Assembly: GCA_963823665.1 (NCBI GenBank)
Contig: CAWGMQ010000010.1
Span: 1,632,001-1,696,000, forward strand
DNA: 64,000 bases
Direction: 5' to 3'
Source of the DNA: an uncultured Planctomycetota bacterium
Lineage (GTDB): Bacteria > Planctomycetota > Planctomycetia > Isosphaerales > Isosphaeraceae
Part shown: positions 12,079 to 22,168 of the stretch, piece by piece
Position numbering within the stretch: the first letter of the stretch is position 1
Layout: each line of letters starts with the position of its first letter
Notes under the pieces: model-generated
What the model saw: only the letters and a program-made list of their open reading frames with translations
What the model was told of the DNA's origin: nothing
The model's database searches: none
Position numbers and translations under genes: made by a program

Positions 12079-12564
12079 ATGAATACCGCACCCACGTCAG
12101 AACTTCTCGCCGCCTACCTCGACGGGCCGCCCAGCTTGCGGCGAATTGTCTCCGACATGACCACCGAACAGCTCAGGGCTCGGCCGGTCGCGGGTAAATG
12201 GAGCACGCTCGAAGTGGTGTGTCATCTGGTCGACAGTGAGCAGGCGTGGTGCCACCGCATGAAGCGCGTGATCGCCGAGCAGAATCCGCTGATCATCGGC
12301 TACGACGAGACTCGGTTCACAGCCGCCCTCGCGTATCATGCGCATGACCTCGAAGAGGAGCTGACATTACTCGATTGCATGCGCAAACAAATGGCGCGTG
12401 TTCTCGCCGGCGTTTCGGCCGAGGCGTGGTCTCGCGCCTGTGTGCACAGCGAGCGTGGGCTGATGACCCTCGCGGAAATGCTCAAAGCCGAGGTCGATCA
12501 CATTCCGCATCACATCCGACACATCGGTGAAAAACGCGCGGCGCTGGGGCTGGCTGCCAGGTAG
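12079..12564 (+). CDS. DinB/YfiT-family protein
   Basis: GKWSTLEVVCHLVDSE and HIPHH metal-binding motifs. Confidence 0.88.
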   Translation: MNTAPTSELLAAYLDGPPSLRRIVSDMTTEQLRARPVAGKWSTLEVVCHLVDSEQAWCHRMKRVIAEQNPLIIGYDETRFTAALAYHAHDLEEELTLLDCMRKQMARVLAGVSAEAWSRACVHSERGLMTLAEMLKAEVDHIPHHIRHIGEKRAALGLAAR

Positions 12565-12608
12565 GGCGGTGGGATTCGGTTACTGGATGACCAGCATCGG
12601 GTGAGCCG

Positions 12609-13004
12609 TCACTCGTCATACTGGGCGAGCTGCTCCTGGAGATCGTCGAACAGCCGCTCTGGCGTCACGACGATCCCGCGCTCCGCCGTCGTCGGGAAAA
12701 CGGCGACCATCCGGCCGTCACGAGTCATTCCAGGAGTCCATTTTTCGATCCAGTGATCGAGTGGAATGGCAGCCGGCTCGGCTCCAGCCCAATCGCCCTC
12801 GGCGAATGCCTGCGCGTAGCGACTGTGAGGCCAGACGGGCAGGCATTCACGGCCGTCGGGATCGCCCAGCACCACCCAGCCGGACGCGGCCTTCAGGCTC
12901 CAGATCTCCTTCCAGTCGGCGGCCTGACGGACGAAGTGGCCGTAGCGCTCGGGCGCGGGCAAGGCGATGACGGCGGCATATTCTTGGTCGCTGACCTTTT
13001 TCAT
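12609..13004 (-). CDS. DUF2750-like protein
   Basis: RYGHFVRQAADWKEIWSL and CLPVWPHSRYAQ. Confidence 0.75.
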   Translation of the reverse strand: MKKVSDQEYAAVIALPAPERYGHFVRQAADWKEIWSLKAASGWVVLGDPDGRECLPVWPHSRYAQAFAEGDWAGAEPAAIPLDHWIEKWTPGMTRDGRMVAVFPTTAERGIVVTPERLFDDLQEQLAQYDE

Positions 13005-14041
13005 GGCTGTATCCGCGGAAAACCTGGATCGGACCGAGGACTTCGGATTCGTCAAAATCGGTTTCGCTGTTTCACGCAGGGATTCTTCGTTTGGGCAGAT
13101 TCAATCCCGCTGCGAATCGATTTGATTCTCGCACGAACGTCTCTGACGCGCCTCGTGGAGTTCCACGCCTCAACGAACAAGCGTGAAATGGTCCGGGGTC
13201 TGCCTTCCCACCGGTGTCGCCTCTCCGCGAGTTGTGATCGTTCGGTCGCACCAGGGTCAGAATGACGAAAGCGTATCACCCAAAGCCATCGCCAACCGGC
13301 GAACAGAGGGCGATGACGGCAAAACCGTGCTGTGGCTGGTCATTGTCCGCGCGAACCGCTTGGGCCGCCTGTCAGTCGCTGTCTTGCCCAAGAGTTCATG
13401 CGGACAACGACGTAGACATCGAACGCAGACGTGGCTCCCAGGAATTTGTCCCAATAATTCTCCCGATCAGCGCCTCATCCGTAACCGGGGGGCATCATCG
13501 GCGCGCCGTCGAAGGAGCAGCGAGTGGTCTGGGCGTGCGCCTGGCTTGCTCCCTTTGTCGCAGAGTGAGAACGACCAGGAGGAGCACTGCGAACATTGCC
13601 ACGACGACCATCAGACGCCCGATCGAAACCCTGAAACGATCCGCACCCCAGATGTAATGGTGGGCTTTAGCCCGGAGACCTGGGCAGGGCTCTGCCGCTT
13701 CCCGCGAACCGGTGCGAGTCAGGTGTGTCTAGCTTCCCCCGGAACCCACTCCAGAGATTGAGTGTTTTGCTCTCTTATCATGGCGGGAACTATGCAGCAG
13801 TTCTGAAAGCATGATGTCCCGGAGACCAAGGAGAACGTCGGGGACTGGATCAACCTGACCCCCAGGAGGATCATCGGCGGACAGTCTTCACGAAAACCAT
13901 GCTGAATCTTGCTCTTTCGTTACTTGAATCTTCGTCATTGTTTGGCAGAATAGATGTGCGCCCGGTCAAATCCAGCAAAGCGTCATTTCGAATGGTTAGC
14001 AAGCAGGTGCGCAGGGATGCAGCGTAACGGAGTCAATTCCT

Positions 14042-14353
14042 GTGGCTCAGAAGTTCCACGTGGCCCGTCGTCAGGTCGCGATTACCAACGTCCTCGGGCT
14101 CCATCTGAGAGCCGCCGACAAGTTCGTGAGATTGGCGCAAGCGTTCCAGTCCGATGTCAAAGTTCGCAGCAACGGCATCATTGCGGACGGCAGGAGCATA
14201 CTAGACCTGCTCAGCCTCGCCGCCGATTGCGGAACGATGCTGGCTGTGGAAGCCCAGGGTTTTGACGCCGAGGATGCCGTTGCCGCTCTGGCTAACTTGA
14301 TCTCGGCTCAGCCTCATGAGTCTGCGGATCAAATTGGGTTAAGGGCGGGTTAG
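14042..14353 (+). CDS. ptsH: HPr-family phosphocarrier protein
   Basis: GLHLRAA (His15 site) and DGRSILDLLSL (Ser46 site). Confidence 0.88.
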   Translation: MAQKFHVARRQVAITNVLGLHLRAADKFVRLAQAFQSDVKVRSNGIIADGRSILDLLSLAADCGTMLAVEAQGFDAEDAVAALANLISAQPHESADQIGLRAG

Positions 14354-14538
14354 AGCCAGGAGGAGCCAGACTCCCGACCTCTGGTCACGCGGAGGCAGAC
14401 ACCCACCGCTCGGCCACTACAGGCCTTGGTTTTTGTCCGTCTGCTATCCCAAGGCCGTGACGTGCGGCCGGCGCCGCCGACGCCGCTCGACGCCGTGTTT
14501 TGATCCCCCGCCCTCGCGATCGCCGCCGCGGTTAAACG

Positions 14539-14982
14539 TCAGTCGAGAAAGACGCTCGGCGGAACTCCAAAGTATTCGGCGAGAATGCCGACCTGCCGGC
14601 GCGTCAGCTTCTTCTTTCCGTGGATGACCTCAGAAATCGTCGACATCGGCATGTCGACATCGGCCGAAAGTTTCGCCTGCGTAATACCCCGAGCTTCGAT
14701 TAAATAATAAAGCATATCTGCATCCCATAGGGGAGACATCGGACAATGTTCGGTCTCGTATCTCTCAACGATATCGGTAAGGACATCAAGGTAATCTTGT
14801 TCGCCGCGGGAGAGCTTACCCCGGACGATCAACGAATTGATCACCTTGATAGCCGGGTCCAATTCGCGGTCTGATCGCAGATGTCTGAGGGGAAACGCCT
14901 GCACGAGCTCGAGGTAGCGGTGCTTTCCGTCCTCGTCGGTTGCAGCTCGCTTTCTGGCTGCGACACTCATGTCAATCTCCAT
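14539..14982 (-). CDS. higA: HigA-like HTH antitoxin
   Basis: YLDVLTDIVERYE plus HTH ITQAKLSADVDMPMSTISEVIHGKKKLT. Confidence 0.82.
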   Translation of the reverse strand: MEIDMSVAARKRAATDEDGKHRYLELVQAFPLRHLRSDRELDPAIKVINSLIVRGKLSRGEQDYLDVLTDIVERYETEHCPMSPLWDADMLYYLIEARGITQAKLSADVDMPMSTISEVIHGKKKLTRRQVGILAEYFGVPPSVFLD

Positions 14983-15016
14983 TAGAATATAATTGCGAGG
15001 GATAATATTTGCATCC

Positions 15017-15130
15017 CTAGCCTAAGTCGGAAGCCTTTTTCTCCTTCTCGATTTGTTGGTCGATTTCCTTGAGATCCAGTTTGTCGTATTCCGCGTGCGT
15101 GAAAATGCCAAACACGTGGACGATACCCCG
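15017..15130 (-). pseudogene. higB: 3' remnant of a HigB-like toxin
   Basis: RGIVHVFGIFTHAEYDK resembles the HigB C-terminus; the N-terminal part is absent. Confidence 0.7.
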
Positions 15131-15180
15131 TTTTCGTAAATTTACGAAAGTCAACGCCGCGTTTCGTAAAACACGAAAAC
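15131..15180 (-). promoter_or_regulatory. Twin palindromic operators and TTGACT -35 box (putative HigA operator)
   Basis: Perfect TTTCGTAAATTTACGAAA at 15132-15149 and TTTCGT-N5-ACGAAA at 15162-15178. Confidence 0.6.
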
Positions 15181-15420
15181 TGGAATCGACCGAGCCGCTG
15201 CCGGCGGAGTGTATCGACACCGGCGATCGGTCACCGCCTGCGATTCCATCCCAACGGCGTTGAACAATGTGTCCTGGCCCTCGACGGGGTCCTCTTTCCG
15301 GTCGCCGTCTACGCCACGAAGGCCGCTTGCAAGCGACTTCTACGGTGGCGTCATCACTTTAACCTCTGAAGTACTGTGCCCGGCGTCGGCCGCGAGGCAT
15401 CCGGCAATCGCGGGGCGCGC

Positions 15421-15648
15421 ACCGGTGCGAGTCACGTGTGCCTGGCTTTTCCCTGAACCAGTCCAGAGAATGATGGCTGGCTCCTCTGGCTTCTCTCCGA
15501 GTCACGTGTGCCTGGCTTTTCCCGGAACCGAGTCCAGAGAGTGCGTGTCTGGCTTCCCTGGCTTTTCCCGGAACCGAGTCCAGAGAGTGCGTGTCTGGCT
15601 TCCCTGGCTTCCCGGAACCGAGTCCAGAGAGTGCGTGTCTGGCTTCCC
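15421..15648. repeat. Tandem 44-46-bp repeats (CCTGGCTTTTCCCGGAACCGAGTCCAGAGAGTGCGTGTCTGGCTT), REP-like
   Basis: Units start at 15511, 15557 and 15603; a degenerate copy at 15421 also matches 13708-13757. Confidence 0.85.
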
Positions 15649-15893
15649 TCTGTTGCAATTTGGTCGGGTTGCGAATATTCTTAGTGTGGTCGGACGTTAG
15701 TCAGACTAATCTGCGACGTTCGGCGTTCAATCGACGAGGAAGCGCCCGGGGTTACTTTGGTGAGCTGTTTCGCCGACATTTGATGGACTGTCCGGTCGTC
15801 GCCTGCGTCGTGTTTGATGCCGTCGGTACCCCGACGGACGCCAACTTTCAGCGGAACGAGACTTCACGAGACCATCGTGGGAGAGACCACATC

Positions 15894-17360
15894 ATGAAAC
15901 GATTGTGTGGCGCGCTGTGTTGGATCGTGCTGCTGACTGTTATCGTGCCCCTCGGATACCGGGCAACCCGCTGGTTGCTGCGGTACGACTGGGAACCGAA
16001 AGCTGACGCCGTGGCGTCGGAGGCCGGACGCGATCTATTTCTCCACGAGTGGACGCCCGGCGATCCGCTGGCCGCCAAAGGCGACGGTTTGGGGCCCGTC
16101 TTCAACGCGTCCTCTTGCGCCGCCTGCCACCAGCAAGGGGGAGCCGGAGGGAGCGGGTCGATGGAGCATAACGTCACGGTCTTTACCCGAGCGCCCAAAG
16201 CCGGCGCAGGAGCCACCCGCGGCGTGATCCATCAATTTGCGATCGACGCGGCATCTCAGGAAACGCTCCAGAATATCTCCTCGCAATTTCCGAAAAAGAG
16301 CCGGCCGACACTTGCGGATCTGACGGCGCTTCTACCCAAGCCCGCCAATCCGTCCGCCGGCGTCCAACCCATCCGAGCTGTCACTGTCGCTATCCCCGAA
16401 ATCGACATGGGCCAGCGCAACACGCCTTCGCTCTTCGGCGCAAGCGTCATCGACGCGATCCCGGACGCGGCCATCCTGGCCAACGAGCGCAATCAGCGCC
16501 TGAAGCTCCGCCTGTCGGCTTTCAATGGCGGGGAAATTCCCGCCGGGCGCGCCGCGAAGTTGTCCCGCAAGCGAATCGGAAAATTCGGTTGGAAGGCCAA
16601 CATCGGAAACCTGGCCGAGTTCGTGCGGGTCGCGTGCGCCAACGAGCTGGGGCTCGGCAATCCCTTGCAGGCCCAGCCGGCATCGCTGTCGCAACCAGAG
16701 TATCGTCCCCGCGGACTCGATCTCACGGACCAGCAGTGCGATCAGATGACGGCCTTCATCGCCTCGCTGCCGCGGCCCCGGGAAGTGATCCCCGCCTCCG
16801 CGGCCGAGGCCGCCCGCGCCGTCGCAGGCAAACAGCACTTCAAGCAAATCGGCTGCATCAACTGCCACACTGCCGATCTGGCCGAGGCACAAGGGATCTA
16901 CAGCGATTTGCTGCTGCACCAGATGGGGGAGGGGCTCGGCGGTGGTGGATCCTACGGAGAAGAGCCCTCGGACCCGTCAGCGGACCCGGACTCGGGCGGT
17001 GACTCGACGTCCCCAAGCGAATGGCGCACACCGCCGCTGTGGGGTATTGCAGATTCCGCGCCCTATCTTCACGACGGCCGAGCAGCGACCCTGGCCGAGG
17101 CCATCAAGCTGCACGCCGGTCAGGCGTCGTCTTCCGCGAATCGCTTCGAGGGTCTCTCCGACGTCCAGCAAGAAGAGCTGGTTGCGTTCCTGAACACGCT
17201 GCGAGCCCCGAGTCTTGAGTGCGAGAGGCCCCAAATGGTGAAGGGCCAAATAGCAAATCGTTCGGCCGCTCGCTCTGCCTTCGGGAACTTGTTCAAGGTA
17301 ACCGTCGCACCCCTGGACGCGGATTCGTTTCCCCTCGCCGCGAATTCGAGTCGTCGGTGA
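15894..17360 (+). CDS. Di-heme oxidoreductase (DHOR) family c-type cytochrome
   Basis: GDGLGPVFNASSCAACH, CINCH, WRTPPLWG and PYLHDGRA. Confidence 0.9.
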   Translation: MKRLCGALCWIVLLTVIVPLGYRATRWLLRYDWEPKADAVASEAGRDLFLHEWTPGDPLAAKGDGLGPVFNASSCAACHQQGGAGGSGSMEHNVTVFTRAPKAGAGATRGVIHQFAIDAASQETLQNISSQFPKKSRPTLADLTALLPKPANPSAGVQPIRAVTVAIPEIDMGQRNTPSLFGASVIDAIPDAAILANERNQRLKLRLSAFNGGEIPAGRAAKLSRKRIGKFGWKANIGNLAEFVRVACANELGLGNPLQAQPASLSQPEYRPRGLDLTDQQCDQMTAFIASLPRPREVIPASAAEAARAVAGKQHFKQIGCINCHTADLAEAQGIYSDLLLHQMGEGLGGGGSYGEEPSDPSADPDSGGDSTSPSEWRTPPLWGIADSAPYLHDGRAATLAEAIKLHAGQASSSANRFEGLSDVQQEELVAFLNTLRAPSLECERPQMVKGQIANRSAARSAFGNLFKVTVAPLDADSFPLAANSSRR

Positions 17361-17479
17361 AGTTCGAGTCGTCGGTGAAAGCCGCAGCGCCGGGCTGCCC
17401 CACGCTGCGGCTGACTTCGACCGGGCCTGACTACCGGGCATTGTTTTGCCGCGGCCTGGAGAACGCCTGATGGGCAAGT

Positions 17480-19464
17480 TTGGCGGGCGGGTTCTCGCGG
17501 CCTGGGGAGCGGGGGGTTTATTCGTTCGCCTTTCGTCCGCCCCGCGCCCTGTTCTTGTGGGTCCTCGTCGTTGTCGCCTTGATGCTGGCCGCGCCTCACG
17601 GGGCTTTTGCGTCGGGCGAGGAGCGGACGACGGTCGGGGATGACCTCGTGATTCGCACGGACACGCGCTGGGCGGGAGGGACTCTCGGTGGCTATCTTCC
17701 TGTGCGAGTGGAGATTGCAAATCAGGGTCCCCGCGCGAGCTAGTGCTCGAAGTCACGCCCGCCGACCGGGCGCACGGGGCGACCGTCAAGCGAGTCGTTG
17801 GCGTGGGTGAGCGCGCAACCACGCGTTTCACGCTTTCCATTCCGCTCACGGCGTTCGGACAGGGGCGGCTCCGCGTCTACGACGGGCGAGGCGAGCTGGA
17901 ATCGCACGTGCGTCTCATCGGGGGCGCGGGGTTTTTCGGCGGGGGGACAGCGCCTGCGATGCTCGTGGTCTCGTCCCGGCCGGTCGATTGTACGAGTTAC
18001 ATCACGGCGGCCGGCGGACCGCGCGACGCGACGTTTGGCCCGCCGAACGCGTCCGCGCTTGCGGAAGTGGTTCCACCGGCCAGCTTGCCCGATTCGTGGA
18101 TTGATTTTAGCGGACTCGACCTCGTCGCCATTTCGCGCGACGACCTCGCGGACCTCAAGCCGCCGGTACGATCGGCGGTCTTGAAATGGGTCCATTGCGG
18201 CGGAAATCTGATTGTTCACCAGGCGGGCAAGACCTCCAAGGACGTTGAGATGCTCGAGCGCCTGCTCGAATTCAACAAAAACGCGGCGGGCGACGCGAAA
18301 TGGATCGAGTCGCGTCCGCCTGTTGCGACTCGCCCACTCATGCTCGGACTGGTCTGCGCCTTTCCCGATCAATTGCCCGATTCGCCGACCGCCTGGACCG
18401 CATTCTTGAGCATCGTCGGCGTGCCTCGCTCCTCGTGGACGCAGCGGCATGGCATCGCGCCCGATTTCGGGACCCAGGAATTCTTCAATTTCATGAATCC
18501 CGGCATCCGCGGCGTTCCCGTCTATGGCTTCATGGTCTTGATCACCGCTTTCGCTGTCTTGATCGGGCCCGTGAATTATTTCTACCTCCGGCGCAAGAGA
18601 TTGTTATGGCTGCTCCTTGTCACGGTGCCAGCCACGGCTCTCGTGACAAGTGTGCTGCTCGTTGGATATGCGGTAGCCGCGCACGGGTTTAGCATCAGGT
18701 CGCGGATCCGCAGCCTGACGGTGCTCGACCAGAAGAGCCATAGGGCGGTGACGGTCGCGCGGTTGGCTCTCTTTGCCGGTGTGGCGCCGGCGCGCGGCAT
18801 GCAGTTTTCCCCGGAAACGGCCGTCTATCCGGTGTTCCCGCCAACAGCCGAGCCGGGCGCGTTCACCGTCGACTGGACCGAGAACCAAGCCCTGACGTCA
18901 GGCTGGCTGTTGTCGCGGACACGAACGCAATTCTTGACCATTCGCCATGCCGAGCAGCCAGAGCGCGTCGACATCAAACCGGGACAAGACGGGGGCCTCG
19001 CGATCTCCAACGGCTTGCCTTGGGAGCTGGAGGCCGTACTTGTCGCCGACGAGTCGGGCCGGCTTTCGTCGGCGCGGAATGTTTTGCCGAAGGCATCCGA
19101 GCCGCTCGCCGACCTTTCGGAGACGGATCGGTCGGACTTTGTCCAGCTCTTGGGCCGGAACCGTCCTGAGCTTCCCGAGAATTTCAGCTTCTCCGTTCTC
19201 AATCCGATGTTTGGCGGCCGGCTGAGACGATTCAATATGTTCGGCCGTTTTCCAGATGCGCATTTCGATTCGAATCTGATGGAGCGGCTGATTCAAACGT
19301 GGTCGAGAGACCTTACTCCAAAGGGTGCTTTCCTCTTGGGCAAAAAGACGTGCCTCTCGCCGCGCTCCTTCCTGGCGGTCCTCCGCCAGAATCCCGGGGT
19401 CGAGACGGGAGTCGGAGTAACTACCGAACAAGCAGGCTACCACTTACTGCTCGGCTACTACTGA
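17480..19464 (+). CDS. Membrane/exported accessory protein of ABC operon; frameshift near 17740; start uncertain
   Basis: GYLPVRVEIAN, LPDSWIDFSGLDLV and VLIGPVNY TM pair; lies just upstream of the ABC ATPase. Confidence 0.7.
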
Positions 19465-19478
19465 GCTGACTGCGGACG

Positions 19479-20462
19479 ATGATGACGGCATCAAACGGCA
19501 ACGGCGGCACGCCCGCAATTGAAATCTGCGACCTGCACCGGCACTTTGGCAAGCTCCGCGCCGTCGATGGTGTCTCGTTCAAGGCGTATCCGGGCCAGGT
19601 GATGGGATTTATCGGCCCCAACGGCGCGGGCAAGACGACCGCGATGCGGATCCTGGCCACGCTCGACGTTCCGACGTCCGGAGAGGCATTCATCAATGGC
19701 TATTCGGTCGTCGACGATCCGGACAAGGTGCGCCGCATTGTGGGCTTCATGCCGGACAGTTTCGGCAAGTACGCGAACATGGATGTCGTGGAATACGTCG
19801 ACTTCTTCGCCAGGGCCTACGGACTTTCGGGGGCCATCCGGCGAGACGCAGTCGAGCGCGTCCTGGTTTTCACCGAGCTGCGGAAGCTGGCGGACAAATC
19901 GATCAAAACTCTCTCAAAAGGGATGTCGCAACGGCTGGCGCTGGGGCGAACGTTGATTCACGATCCCTCGGTGCTGGTGCTCGACGAACCGGCCGCCGGG
20001 CTGGACCCGCGGGCGCGGATCGAGCTGCGGGGGCTCATCCACGTACTGGCGACCGACCTGCAAAAGACGGTGCTCATCAGCTCGCACATCCTCACCGAGC
20101 TCGGCGAGATCTGCGACTCGGCCGCGATCATCGAGGCGGGACGCCTCCTGGCCTGCGGAACGATGACAGAACTCAATCAGGCACAACGCGCCTCGGAAGG
20201 GCGCGCTGACGGATCGGTCATTTCGGTCCGCGTGCTGCGCGACGCCGAGAAGCTGGAGCACCTGCTGTGCCAGGAGCCCTTGGTGCGGAACGTCGAGCTC
20301 GCGGACCGGGTCGCGACGTTCGAGTTCACGGGAGTTGAATCTGAGCTGTCGGCGATCCTCAAGCGGCTCGTTCGGGCCGAGCTCGAGGTGGTCGAGTTTC
20401 GCGGCCGGGTCGAGAGCCTGGAGGATGCGTTCATGGCCATCACGAAGGGGATCACGCAATGA
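19479..20462 (+). CDS. ABC transporter ATP-binding protein
   Basis: GPNGAGKTT, LSKGMSQR, LDEPAAGLD and SSH. Confidence 0.95.
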   Translation: MMTASNGNGGTPAIEICDLHRHFGKLRAVDGVSFKAYPGQVMGFIGPNGAGKTTAMRILATLDVPTSGEAFINGYSVVDDPDKVRRIVGFMPDSFGKYANMDVVEYVDFFARAYGLSGAIRRDAVERVLVFTELRKLADKSIKTLSKGMSQRLALGRTLIHDPSVLVLDEPAAGLDPRARIELRGLIHVLATDLQKTVLISSHILTELGEICDSAAIIEAGRLLACGTMTELNQAQRASEGRADGSVISVRVLRDAEKLEHLLCQEPLVRNVELADRVATFEFTGVESELSAILKRLVRAELEVVEFRGRVESLEDAFMAITKGITQ

Positions 20463-21988
20463 GGGCTGCGTTAGCGATGGTCAACCGGCTGGAACGCCTG
20501 GGCGACCGGTTCAATCCCATCGTCGTGAAGGAGGTGCGCCAGGCGCTCAAAAGCCGCCAGTTCGTGATCACTTTTCTGCTTCTGCTTCTGGTGGCGTGGG
20601 CCGGGTCGATTTTCGGCGTATCGTATCTGGGCGAGTCGATCGACTACGGGTCGTCGGCCGTGACTTTTTATTCGGGATTTCTGTTCGCTCTCTGCGCGGC
20701 CACGTTGGTCATCGTTCCGTTCTCGACGTTTCGCAGCATTATCGAAGAGCGTACCGAGACAACGCTTGAGCTGTTGCAAATCACGGCGCTGTCGCCCGTG
20801 CAGATCGTCCGCGGTAAGGTCTTGAGCGCGATGGTTCAGGTGCTGGTTTACTACTGCGCGATCGCTCCTTTCATCGCGTTCACGGCGCTCTTGCCGGGCT
20901 TTGATATCGTCCACGTGGCCTTTTCGCTGGTCATGCTTTTGATCACCGCGCTGTGTTTCTCGGTGATCGCCCTGGCAATCGGCACTCAAGCCCGCAACAC
21001 GACGTTCCAAGCTCTCTCGTCGCTTTTTGTGATCGCGACGGCCTTCGCAGGAATGATGACTTTTTTCGCCTTCATGACGGCGGCCGGCAACGCCATCCAG
21101 TTCGACGAATCGGATACGTGGTGGGCGCTCGCGCTGGTCGTGTTCCTCGGCCTTTCGACCGGATATGTCTGCGAGCAGGCGGCCGTCTCACAACTCACTT
21201 TCGAATCTGACAACCGCAGCACGGGCATCCGGTTGGCCGTGGGCGCGCAGTGGCTTCTTAGCTGGATCGGTTTGCTGACATATTTTATCGTGCACCAGCG
21301 GCCGCGGTCTCCCGGCGCGTTGTCCCCCATTTTGACGCTGACCGCGACGTACATCACGGTAGGCGGTCTGTTGTTCGCCAGCGCGCCCGATTCTCTGTCG
21401 CGGCGAGTCAGCCGCGGCCTGCCCCGCTCGCGCGCACTGAGGGTGCTGTGGGCCCCGTTCCTGCCGGGTGGCGCGCGCGGGATGCTCTATGCCCTCATGT
21501 CGCTGGTGCTGCTGGCCTTCTTTGTGACGGTCCTACTCCCACAGCTTACCTTTAACAGCATCTTCAACGATCAGCAAGCCTCTCGATACGCGATCGCCCT
21601 GGCTGCCTATTCGGTGATTTATCTCGGAGCGGGCGCGCTGTGTGCGCGACTGCTGCGGCGCGTGGTGCAACGCATCCATTCGTATCAGGTGCTCGCGATT
21701 CTGGCATTGGCGAACTCACTCTTGGTCGTTGGGGCCGAAGTGATCCACTTCGTGACCCGCGTGCCCGCGCCACAACTCATCGATGTGGTCAATCCAGTTG
21801 TGACGTTGCAATCGATCGCCGACGCCGCTCGCGGCTCCGTCGATGCCGTCTCCTGCCTTGTGGTCGCCGCGGTTGTTGCGATGGCGGCGAACGCGATCGC
21901 GCTTTGGTGCGGGGTCCGCGACGTTGTGAACGACCCGGTCCGCGCCCAGATTGAAAGCCAGCGGCTTCCCGATGGGCTTGTCAATTGA
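20459..21988 (+). CDS. ABC-2 type permease
   Basis: NPIVVKEVRQALKSR, multiple TM helices, ATGA overlap. Confidence 0.85.
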   Translation: MRAALAMVNRLERLGDRFNPIVVKEVRQALKSRQFVITFLLLLLVAWAGSIFGVSYLGESIDYGSSAVTFYSGFLFALCAATLVIVPFSTFRSIIEERTETTLELLQITALSPVQIVRGKVLSAMVQVLVYYCAIAPFIAFTALLPGFDIVHVAFSLVMLLITALCFSVIALAIGTQARNTTFQALSSLFVIATAFAGMMTFFAFMTAAGNAIQFDESDTWWALALVVFLGLSTGYVCEQAAVSQLTFESDNRSTGIRLAVGAQWLLSWIGLLTYFIVHQRPRSPGALSPILTLTATYITVGGLLFASAPDSLSRRVSRGLPRSRALRVLWAPFLPGGARGMLYALMSLVLLAFFVTVLLPQLTFNSIFNDQQASRYAIALAAYSVIYLGAGALCARLLRRVVQRIHSYQVLAILALANSLLVVGAEVIHFVTRVPAPQLIDVVNPVVTLQSIADAARGSVDAVSCLVVAAVVAMAANAIALWCGVRDVVNDPVRAQIESQRLPDGLVN

Positions 21989-22168
21989 CGTGCGTGAGCC
22001 AGCCGTGGCCCGGATCGTCGAATCCCAGGTTTCCGGTGCTCAAGTGGTGGGTAGGAAAACTCCGCCAACCGAGATTGGGCTGTGTACCGCGAATAGCTGG
22101 AAGGTGTCCCAGGATGCTATTGCCGAGGTTCGCGCCTCTGTGGACCGGTTCGTCCGTAAACAACATTC

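Noticed and set aside
13200..13650. Small minus-strand membrane gene (RVSIGRLMVVVAM)
   Set aside because: No clear start and an early stop; too degraded to call.
13942..13959. Sigma-54 promoter upstream of HPr
   Set aside because: TTGGCA is present but there is no GC at the required GG-N10-GC spacing.
15511..15648. Possible CRISPR array
   Set aside because: The units are near-identical head-to-tail repeats with no unique spacers, and there are no cas genes.
17345..17379. Tandem TTCGAGTCGTCGGTGAA duplication at the DHOR stop
   Set aside because: A simple two-copy slippage duplication with no further structure.
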